In this document: positions 25,593 through 32,000 of the stretch, one piece after another | Layout of the letters: each line of letters begins with the position of its first letter | Numbering within the stretch: position 1 is the stretch's first letter | From: Cereibacter sphaeroides 2.4.1 | Lineage (GTDB): Bacteria; Pseudomonadota; Alphaproteobacteria; Rhodobacterales; Rhodobacteraceae | Direction of reading: 5' to 3' | Assembly: GCF_000012905.2 (NCBI RefSeq) | Contig: NC_009007.1 | Location: forward strand, 32,968-64,967 | DNA: 32,000 nt | Program-made: the position numbers and the translations under genes | The notes under the pieces: generated by a model | What the model was told of the DNA's origin: nothing | Database searches by the model: none | What the model saw: the letters and a program-made list of their open reading frames with translations, nothing else

Positions 25593-26125
25593 ATGAAACC
25601 TGTCGGAGACGGGCCCGCAGGGCAGGAGACGCCCGGAAGGCTCGATGCCGATGGCGCGCTGCGCGCGCTCTCTGGACTGGGTCGATGACATCGCCGGAGC
25701 GGCGCCGCGGCCCGCGGGGCGGGCGCGGCTCCGCGCCCTCGGCCCTGCGGCCTTGCCCGCGGTTGCGGGCACTCCTCGCACAGGCCCCCGTGCCGGGCGC
25801 GGGGGGCAGGTCATCTGCATCGGGGTGAACCGAACCGACCACGCCGCCGAAGCCGGTCCGGCGGTTCCGGCCGGGCCGGCGATCTTCATGAAGGCGACGG
25901 GCACCATCTGCGGCCCGGAGGACACGATGCCGATCCTGCGACGCGCGCAAGACCGGCCGGGAAGTCGGGCCGGACGGCGTCATCGGCCATGGCGGCACGC
26001 GCCAATGCCACGGCGCCTGTCGCCGGCTATTGCGTCACGCGCGATGTCTCGGAACGGGCTGACGGCGGAACGGCCCCGGAGACATGCTCTCGGGGCCGTT
26101 TGTCTTGCAGAAGGGCGGCCGTCGG
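25593..26125 (+). pseudogene. Decayed, 3'-truncated fumarylacetoacetate hydrolase (FAH)-family gene (2-keto-4-pentenoate hydratase / 2,4-diketo-3-deoxy-acid hydrolase type)
   Basis: The ATG at 25593 keeps a GAGAGAG SD, and the frame reads MKPVGDGPAGQETPGRLDADGALRALSG before stopping at 25686-25688. Family-like segments continue in other frames. These are WVDDIAGA...LRALGPAALPAVAG...GQVICIGVNRTDHAAEAG...PAIFMKATGTICGPEDTMPI (frame of the track ORF at 25645), then KTGREVGPDGVIGHGG in a third frame. After that comes VAGYCVTRDVSER (frame of the track ORF at 25989), then SGPFVL (frame of the track ORF at 26084). That requires at least four frame changes. Roughly the C-terminal third of a normal FAH protein is missing, because the convergent SDR gene ends at 26126. 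Confidence 0.7.
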
Positions 26126-26836
26126 TCAGATCGTCCAGCCGCCATCGATCGCGATGGCCTGCCCTGTCGTATAGCCCGAACAGGCCAGCCAGAGCGCGAG
26201 ATCGGCGATCTCTTCCGGCGTGCCCAGCCGACCCATCGGCTGGCGGGCAACGAAGGCCGCACGGGCGGCCTCCGCATCGCCTGTGGCGCCGAGCCTCTCG
26301 CGCAGGCTGGGGCTCTCGACGGTTCCGGGGCAGATCGCATTGCAGCGGATGCCTCTCGAAACGAAATCCGCTGCAACCGATTTGGTCAATCCGATCACCG
26401 CCGCCTTGCTGGTGCCATAGACGCAGCGGTCGGGCGCCCCCTTGAGGCTGCTGACCACCGAGGCGATGTTGACGATACTGCCCGAGCCCGCCGCCAGCAT
26501 TCCGGGCAGCACCGCCCGAATGGTGCGGATCGTGCCCCTGAGGTTGATGTCCAGCGCCAGATCCAGCTCGGCCTCGGTCTGATCGAGTATCGTGCCGCCA
26601 TGCACGACGCCGGCGCAGTTCACGAGCACATCGACCGGGCCGAGCCCCGCGACCAGGGCCTCCACCGCCGCCCCGTCGCGCACATCGAGCGCATGGCACT
26701 CGGCCGCCAGCCCATCCAGAAGCCGCGCATCGCGGTCGCTGGCCAATACCCGCGCGCCGGCGGCCAGGAAACGCTCGGCGCAGGCGCGGCCGATGCCCTG
26801 CCCGGCCGCCGTGATGAGGACGGTCTTTTCCTGCAT
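26126..26836 (-). CDS. SDR-family oxidoreductase, DHRS6 / 2-keto-3-deoxy-acid dehydrogenase-like (236 aa; 241 aa if started at 26851)
   Basis: It starts MQEKTVLITAAGQGIGRA and contains NCAGVV, a YGTSKAAV catalytic motif, and a C-terminal TTGQAIAIDGGWTI. The ATG at 26836 has a GGGAG SD. The alternative ATG at 26851 overlaps the permease stop as ATGA. Confidence 0.85.
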   Translation of the reverse strand: MQEKTVLITAAGQGIGRACAERFLAAGARVLASDRDARLLDGLAAECHALDVRDGAAVEALVAGLGPVDVLVNCAGVVHGGTILDQTEAELDLALDINLRGTIRTIRAVLPGMLAAGSGSIVNIASVVSSLKGAPDRCVYGTSKAAVIGLTKSVAADFVSRGIRCNAICPGTVESPSLRERLGATGDAEAARAAFVARQPMGRLGTPEEIADLALWLACSGYTTGQAIAIDGGWTI

Positions 26837-26847
26837 GTCTCCCGTCC

Positions 26848-27753
26848 TCATGAGCGGCGGGCACGCATCCGCGGGTCCAGCACATCGCGCAACCCGTCGC
26901 CCATCAGGTTCAGTCCCAGCACCGCCAGGGCGATCACCAGACCGGGGAAGAAGGCGATCCAGCCGGCTTCCTGCAGATAGGTGCGGCCGTCGGAGATGAT
27001 ATTGCCCAGCGAGGGGGCGGGCGGCGGGGGTCCTACTCCGAGGAAGCTGAGGATCGCCTCGGCCAGGATCGACACCGCAAAGACAAAGGTCAGCTGCACG
27101 ATCAGCGGAGAGAGCGCGTTGGCGAGGATATAGCGCAGCACGATGCGCATATGCCCGGCTCCGACGGCCACGGCCGCCTCGACATAGGGCAATTCGCGGA
27201 TCACAAGCACGCTGGCCCGCATGATGCGGGCGGTGCGCGGCGTGAAGGTGATGGTCAGCGCAATCACCGCATTCATCAGCGAGGGACCGAGGGCGGCCGC
27301 CAGCGCGATGGCCAGCAGCACCCCGGGAAAGGCCATCAGCCCGTCCATCACCCGCATCAGCCCGTTGTCGAGCCAGCGGACATAGCCGGCCAGCAGCCCC
27401 AGCACGATCCCCATTATTCCGGTGGCCAGCACCACCGCCAGTCCGATCCCCAGCGAGATCCGCGTGCCATGGATCACCCGGCTCAGGATATCGCGGCCGA
27501 AGACGTCGGTGCCGAACCAGTGCTGCGCCGAGGGCGGCATCAGCAGGGCACGGTAATTGTTCTTGTTCGGATCGTAGGGCGCGATCAGATCGGCCAGCAG
27601 CGCCATCAGCACGATCAGGGCAAAGAAGGCGAAGCCGATCTGGAACGAGCGGTGGCGGAACAGCCGGCGCAGCAGCGCCCCGGCGGCGGTCAGCCGGGCC
27701 GAGCGAGGGGCGGCCGGGCCGCCGGCGGTCGGATCGAGAGAACTATCGGTCAT
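26848..27753 (-). CDS. ABC transporter permease, DppC/OppC-like (301 aa)
   Basis: It starts MTDSSLDPTAG and contains HWFGTDVFGRDILSRVIHG. It also has the EAA-loop region PYVEAAVAVGAGHMRIVLRYILANAL. Its start overlaps the upstream permease gene by 11 nt. Confidence 0.88.
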   Translation of the reverse strand: MTDSSLDPTAGGPAAPRSARLTAAGALLRRLFRHRSFQIGFAFFALIVLMALLADLIAPYDPNKNNYRALLMPPSAQHWFGTDVFGRDILSRVIHGTRISLGIGLAVVLATGIMGIVLGLLAGYVRWLDNGLMRVMDGLMAFPGVLLAIALAAALGPSLMNAVIALTITFTPRTARIMRASVLVIRELPYVEAAVAVGAGHMRIVLRYILANALSPLIVQLTFVFAVSILAEAILSFLGVGPPPPAPSLGNIISDGRTYLQEAGWIAFFPGLVIALAVLGLNLMGDGLRDVLDPRMRARRS

Positions 27754-28696
27754 TGCGCACCCGCGGGTCGAACCAGCCATAGGCCAGATCCACCAGAATA
27801 TTGACGAAGACGAAGAGCGAAGCGGTGATGAGCAGCCCGCCCTGAATGATCGGGAAATCGCGGCGCTGGATTGCGCCGATGATCAGACGGCCCACCCCCG
27901 GGAGAGAGAAGACGGACTCGATCACCACCGCGCCACCGAGCAGCACCCCGGTCATCACGCCGATCACGGTGATGACCGGCACCAGCGCATTGCGCAGCGC
28001 ATGTTTGAAGACCACCGTATGGCGCCGCATGCCCTTGGCACGGGCGGTGCGGATATAGTCCTGCCCCATCACCTCGAGCATCGAGGAGCGCGTCATCCGG
28101 GCGATCACCCCCATCTGGGTGAAGGCCAGCGCCAGGGACGGCAGCGCCATCGAGCGCGCCCAGCCGAGCGCATCCTCGGAGAAAGGCACATAGCCGCCGG
28201 TCGGGAACCAGGCGAGCCCCACCGAAAAGACCGAAATCATGATCAGCCCGAGCCAGAAATCCGGCACCGAAAGGCCGATCAGCGCCACCGACATCGTGCC
28301 CTGATCGACCCAGCTGTCATGCCGGATCGCCGCCAGCACACCCAGCAGCACGCCGAGGACCACCGCCAGCACCAGCGCCAGCCCGGCCAGCGACAGCGTG
28401 ACGGGCAGCCGTTCCAGCACCGCATCGGTGACCGACATGTTCAGCAGATAGGAATGCCCCAGATCGCCCTGCAGCAGGTTGCCGTACCAGCGCAGCGCCT
28501 GCTGATACAGCGGCTGGTTCAATCCCAGCTGGTCGCGGATCACGGCGCGCTGCTCGGCGGTGGCCTCGGCCCCTGCAAGCTCGGCCGTCACATCGCCCGG
28601 CACGATGGCGATGATGGCAAAGGTCACCAGCGATACCACGAAAAGCACCGGAACCGCGCTGACCATCCGTCGGATCAGAAACCTCAGCACTGTCAT
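27743..28696 (-). CDS. ABC transporter permease, DppB/OppB-like (317 aa)
   Basis: It starts MTVLRFLIRRMVSAVPVLFVVSLVTFAI and contains DYIRTARAKGMRRHTVVFKHALRNAL. An AGGAGA SD is present. Confidence 0.9.
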   Translation of the reverse strand: MTVLRFLIRRMVSAVPVLFVVSLVTFAIIAIVPGDVTAELAGAEATAEQRAVIRDQLGLNQPLYQQALRWYGNLLQGDLGHSYLLNMSVTDAVLERLPVTLSLAGLALVLAVVLGVLLGVLAAIRHDSWVDQGTMSVALIGLSVPDFWLGLIMISVFSVGLAWFPTGGYVPFSEDALGWARSMALPSLALAFTQMGVIARMTRSSMLEVMGQDYIRTARAKGMRRHTVVFKHALRNALVPVITVIGVMTGVLLGGAVVIESVFSLPGVGRLIIGAIQRRDFPIIQGGLLITASLFVFVNILVDLAYGWFDPRVRNDR

Positions 28697-28741
28697 TCTC
28701 CTGTCCTGACGGGCGGTGGGTCGCCCGCGCCATTGGCTGTG

Positions 28742-28768
28742 CCCGGGCGCGCATCGGCCGCGCCCGGG
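28742..28768 (-). terminator. Strong intercistronic hairpin between the SBP and permease genes (attenuator / mRNA-stabiliser candidate)
   Basis: The minus strand reads CCCGGGCGCG-gccgatg-CGCGCCCGGG, a perfect 10-bp stem. It sits in the 80-nt gap between the SBP stop at 28777 and the permease ATG at 28696. Confidence 0.5.
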
Positions 28769-28776
28769 CCGGTCAC

Positions 28777-30333
28777 TCAGTCGGCGAACCAGACGTTGTA
28801 GACGCGCGGGAAGCGGAAGGGACGGAAGCCTTCGACCTTGGCGCTCGATGCCTGCATCAGCCCGGTCTCCCCCAGTTTTATGACCGGGGCAAAGGTGTCC
28901 AGGCGCTGCTGGATGCGGGCGAAGACCGCCTTGCGCGCAGTCAGATCGGCCGTGTCGACCAGTTCGGCATAGAGCGCATCCAGTTCCGGGTCGGCCTTTC
29001 GGAAATGGGTGGCCGGTCCGGCGAAGGTGGAGATCAGCGCCTCCGGCCCCAGATAGGGCTCGATCCCCATGGTCAGCGTCCAGGCCGACCAGCCGGTGTC
29101 CTGCAGACGGATCTGCAACGCCGTCGGCCAGTCGACCTGATTGATGACCACATTCACGCCGATGGCGCGCAGCTGCTCGGCGATCACGACCGCCGCCTTG
29201 TTGCGCTCGGGGCCCTGGGTATCGGTCAGGATGGTGAAGGGCTGGCCGGAATAGCCCGCCTCGGCCAGCAGCGCCCGGGCGCGGTCGAGATCGGCGACGT
29301 TGTAGCGGTCCTTGCCGATCTCGCCCGCGTCATAGGTCGTCCCCTCATACATCCAGCCATGGTAGAGGTTGAACAGCCCTTCGGTGGCGATCGCCATGAT
29401 CTCCTCGGAGTTCAGCGCGATCTGCACCGCCTCGCGGAATTTCGGATTGTCGGCCGGCGCTTCGTTGAGGTTGAAAATGAAGACGAGGAAGGCCCAGGGG
29501 CTGTTCTCATAGACCTTCATCTCGCTGTTGCCGGCCAGACGCCTCGCGGTCGGCACCGGGATCTGCTCCAGCAGCTGGACCTCGCCGGCCTCGAGCGCCG
29601 CCACCGCTGCCCCCGGCTCCGGGATGACGCGGAAGGTGACGCTGTCGAGATAGGCGGTCTTCTTGCCGCCGAAGCCGTCGATATCGGCATGGGTCTCATC
29701 CGCGGCGTAATCGGCGAACCGCTCCAGCCGGACGTGGCTGTCGGGGACATATTCGACGAATTTGTAGGGGCCGGTGCCGATCACCGCGATCTCGTTCGCG
29801 GGCTTTCCGGCCTCTTCGGCGGGAATGATGACGGCCGGGGCGCGGGGAGAGGCAAAGGCTTCGAGGAAACCGGGAAAGGGCTTCTCCATGGTCAGCGTGA
29901 CCTCGAGCGGCCCGCTGGCCTCGATGCTCGTCACTCCCGCCAGCATCGAGGCGGTCCCGCCGATCGCCTTGTAGCGCTCCAGCGAGGCACGGACATCCTC
30001 GGCCCCCATCTCCTTGCCGTTGTGGAACTTGACCCCGGCGCGCAGCGGAAACCTGTAGGTGAGCCCGTCCTCCGAGATCTCGACCCCGGTGGCAAGGATC
30101 GGGATCGGCACGATGGAGTCCGAGAAGCCGTACAGGGTCTCGTAGATGTTCATCGTGATGTTGCGCGACATCTGCGAGGTGGTGACCATCGCATCCAGGC
30201 TGGGCGGATTGGAGGCCTGGGCCACGATCAGATCGCCGCCCATGCTCTGGGCATCCGCGGTGCTGGCGCTCAAACCGATGAACAGCGCCGCACCCGTGGC
30301 CATAAGCATGCGCCAGAGGCTGATTTTTGGCAT
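28777..30333 (-). CDS. ABC transporter substrate-binding protein, family 5 (peptide/nickel/opine type; 518 aa)
   Basis: It starts MPKISLWRMLMATGAALFIGLSASTADAQSMGGDLIVAQ, a signal peptide. Family-5 features are present throughout, for example NPPSLD and FHNGKEMGAEDV. A GAGAGGAA SD lies before the ATG at 30333. The track start at 30405 adds 24 unlikely residues. Confidence 0.88.
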   Translation of the reverse strand: MPKISLWRMLMATGAALFIGLSASTADAQSMGGDLIVAQASNPPSLDAMVTTSQMSRNITMNIYETLYGFSDSIVPIPILATGVEISEDGLTYRFPLRAGVKFHNGKEMGAEDVRASLERYKAIGGTASMLAGVTSIEASGPLEVTLTMEKPFPGFLEAFASPRAPAVIIPAEEAGKPANEIAVIGTGPYKFVEYVPDSHVRLERFADYAADETHADIDGFGGKKTAYLDSVTFRVIPEPGAAVAALEAGEVQLLEQIPVPTARRLAGNSEMKVYENSPWAFLVFIFNLNEAPADNPKFREAVQIALNSEEIMAIATEGLFNLYHGWMYEGTTYDAGEIGKDRYNVADLDRARALLAEAGYSGQPFTILTDTQGPERNKAAVVIAEQLRAIGVNVVINQVDWPTALQIRLQDTGWSAWTLTMGIEPYLGPEALISTFAGPATHFRKADPELDALYAELVDTADLTARKAVFARIQQRLDTFAPVIKLGETGLMQASSAKVEGFRPFRFPRVYNVWFAD

Positions 30334-30419
30334 TCCGCGTTCCTCTCTGTTATGGGCGGACTTGTCGGTGCTGAACTGCCGGCATCTGTCCAGGATGGAC
30401 GGCATGGTAAAACTCAGCT

Positions 30420-30439
30420 ATCGTATGATCGTATACAAT
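30420..30439 (-). promoter_or_regulatory. Operator-like site S3 in the divergent SBP / gntR promoter region (autoregulation candidate)
   Basis: The minus strand reads ATTGTATACGATCATACGAT. It ends 7 nt before the gntR ATG at 30446 and lies 87 nt upstream of the SBP ATG. Confidence 0.6.
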
Positions 30440-30445
30440 GCTATC

Positions 30446-31204
30446 ATGCAGTCAAGAAGTTCGAGTCAAGAGATGCACGCGAAAGACACACAACCCGGAA
30501 CTGATGCCCTTCCCCGGCTTGCGCCGCTGGAGGCCCGCACCCTGGTGGACCAAGTGGTGGATGCGATTGTCGAGGCCACCGCCACCGGTGCGTTCCTGCC
30601 CGGCGACCGGATCGTCGAGGCCGAGGTGGCCCGCGCGCTGAATGTCAGCCGCGTCCCGGTGCGCGAGGCGCTTCGGATCCTCGAGAGCCAGGGCATCGTG
30701 GTGAACGAGCGCTATCGCGGCATGCGGCTCATGGATGTCTCAGCCGACCGGCTGGAGAAGATCCTCAAGGTGCGTAACGCATTGGAAACGCTTGCGGCCC
30801 ACGAGGTCCTTGATCTCAAGCCGGAGCATCCCGACATTCTGAGCCCGCTTGAGGCCCGGGTGCGGGAATTGCATGCCGCAGTGGCGGCTGGCGATTCCTT
30901 TGGAGTCGCGCGGCTGGACACGGAATTCCACCGCACCCTGTGCAAGATCTCGGGCAATGGTGTGCTGCTGCAAAGCTGGGAGCCGTTGTCGCGGCAGCTG
31001 ACCATCATCTTCGGCCTCTCGACGCTGCAGAAGCCCATCGAATCCATCGCGCGGGAACATGACGACGTGCTGGATGCGCTGCGCGCAGGCGACCGGGCCG
31101 CGGTGACCGAGATGATTCGGGTCCATATCCTCGATTATAGCCGCGAGTTGGATTACGAAGGACTTGTCCGTGCCCACAGGTTCGGCCGCAGGGCAAAGGA
31201 ATGA
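30446..31204 (+). CDS. GntR-family regulator with an FCD domain; probable island regulator (252 aa; alternative ATG at 30473)
   Basis: It contains ...TLVDQVVDAIVEATATGAFLPGDRIVEAEVARALNVSRVPVREALRILESQGIVV, a GntR winged helix-turn-helix. The FCD part includes DTEFHRTLCKISGN and REHDDVLDALRAGD. This is the 3' part of the 352-aa track ORF. Confidence 0.85.
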   Translation: MQSRSSSQEMHAKDTQPGTDALPRLAPLEARTLVDQVVDAIVEATATGAFLPGDRIVEAEVARALNVSRVPVREALRILESQGIVVNERYRGMRLMDVSADRLEKILKVRNALETLAAHEVLDLKPEHPDILSPLEARVRELHAAVAAGDSFGVARLDTEFHRTLCKISGNGVLLQSWEPLSRQLTIIFGLSTLQKPIESIAREHDDVLDALRAGDRAAVTEMIRVHILDYSRELDYEGLVRAHRFGRRAKE

Positions 31205-32000
31205 TCACGGCGTTGTTGGGTGACGCGTGGCCTCTCTGGTTCAACCCCGGCATCTGATGGACCGGGTCCAGGATGAACCGATCGGGCTTCTGATGAATTG
31301 CCGGGCGGCCGATTTCCGTCATTTGACCGGATGGTCAGGAACGCCTGCGCGATAATCCGGAATTCCTGCCCATGGAAACCCAGCTGGTGCAGTCCTCCAT
31401 GTCAACGATCCTTGACTTGTCCGATGCATATGCGGTGCAGCTCAGGCCTGAGGCACGATGGCCCCTTTCCCCTTCAGCATGAGGCCCCGCGGACGAAATT
31501 GCTGGCGCCAACGCGGGAGACGCATCTGCTCGAAACCCTCGGGCCATGCGGCGAAGCTGGTCTGCCCCTATCATCAATGGACCTACAGAGACGGACGGGC
31601 GGCTGCTCTGGGCCCGCGACATGGGCCCGGAATTCGAGCCCGCCCGCCACGGGCTGAAGCCCGTCGCCTGCGAGATCGCCGCGGGCATGGTCTTCCTCTG
31701 CCTCGCCGCGGATCCGACCGATTTCTCGGAGGTGAAGGCCGCCGCCGACCGCTATGCCGCGCCGCACCGGCTTGACGAGCTGAAGGTCGCGCACCGCTCC
31801 TCGATCCTCGAGAAGGCGAACTGGAAGCTGGTGATGGAGAACAACCGCGAGTGCTATCACTGCGCCGGGTCGCATCCCGCGCTCTGCCGCACCTTCAACG
31901 ACGATCCCGACCTCGTGGGATCGGACGACAGCCTGTACTCGCCCGAGGGCGCCGACCATGTGGCACGCTGAGAGGCGGCGGGGTTGCCCTCGAGCTATCT
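31201..32000 (+). pseudogene. Decayed Rieske [2Fe-2S] non-haem-iron oxygenase alpha-subunit gene (GbcA/stachydrine-demethylase-like); continues beyond the window
   Basis: An ATG at 31201 overlaps the gntR stop as ATGA, but that frame stops after 18 codons. Recognisable segments lie in different frames. SGHAAKLVCPYHQWTY is in the frame of the track ORF at 31458. ETDGRLLWARDMGPEF...NWKLVMENNRECYHCAGSHPALC is in the frame of the track ORF at 31546, so there is a frameshift near 31587-31590. The first Rieske box reads N-C-W-R-Q-R-G and has no C-x-H. An in-frame TGA at 31969-31971 is followed by a still-plausible EAAGLPSSY. The 5' boundary is uncertain. Confidence 0.6.

Noticed and set aside
22488-25925. 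1145-aa minus-strand ORF, the longest in the track
   Set aside because: Only the C-terminal 346 aa (the AstE/AspA-like protein, with a strong SD at 23529-23540) is credible. The rest is antisense to the enolase-family and SDR genes, which have clear catalytic motifs on the plus strand.
25645-26445. 266-aa plus-strand ORF after the first SDR
   Set aside because: It is not an intact gene. Its first part is one frame of the decayed FAH-family gene, and the rest is antisense to the SDR at 26126-26836.
31969-31971. In-frame TGA in the Rieske oxygenase gene as a possible selenocysteine codon
   Set aside because: The same gene also has frameshifts, early stops and a damaged Rieske ligand box. This enzyme family is not known to use selenocysteine, and I saw no obvious stem-loop immediately downstream. 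A nonsense mutation is the simpler reading.

Overview
This is a very GC-rich, gene-dense bacterial window. Gene content suggests an alphaproteobacterium of the Rhodobacter/Cereibacter type: alpha-type flagellin with flaF/flbT, and ModE/Mop-type molybdate control. That taxonomic call is inference only. Most long ORFs in the supplied track are Arg/Pro/Gly/Ala-rich antisense shadows, so I re-derived starts from ATG/GTG position, Shine-Dalgarno (SD) sequences and overlaps with neighbouring genes.

Layout:
- 1-843: 5' part of a sulfate-binding protein gene on the minus strand. It is absent from the track.
- 1.27-3.5 kb: argP, then argO-paiB on the opposite strand.
- 3.7-6.5 kb: an Rrf2 regulator, a His-rich 83-aa ORF behind a sigma32-like promoter, an AhpD/CMD-family gene and exoD. 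Unusually long GC-rich spacers separate them.
- 6.5-11.9 kb: a molybdate locus on the minus strand, in the order modE-modD, spacer, mop, spacer, modABC. It has two recognisable Mo-boxes.
- 12-13.6 kb: a GntR/FCD regulator divergent from a TauE-family exporter.
- 13.7-17.4 kb: a GH16-like protein without a leader peptide, divergent from flagellin-flaF-flbT-DUF1217.
- 17.7-31.2 kb: the most interesting part, an accessory-looking catabolic island.

The island combines a family-5 (peptide/opine-type) ABC importer split into two halves, an AstE/AspA-type deacylase and an M81 (MlrC-like) peptidase. It also has two mandelate-racemase-subgroup enolase-superfamily enzymes, two SDRs and a decayed FAH-family hydrolase gene. 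Its own GntR/FCD regulator is present, and a 20-bp operator-like motif, conserved at 17 of 20 positions, recurs at three promoter or junction positions. The island is bounded on the right by a decayed Rieske oxygenase gene.

I found no rRNA, tRNA, CRISPR array, transposase or integrase. All functional calls come from my reading of the translations. No database search was run.
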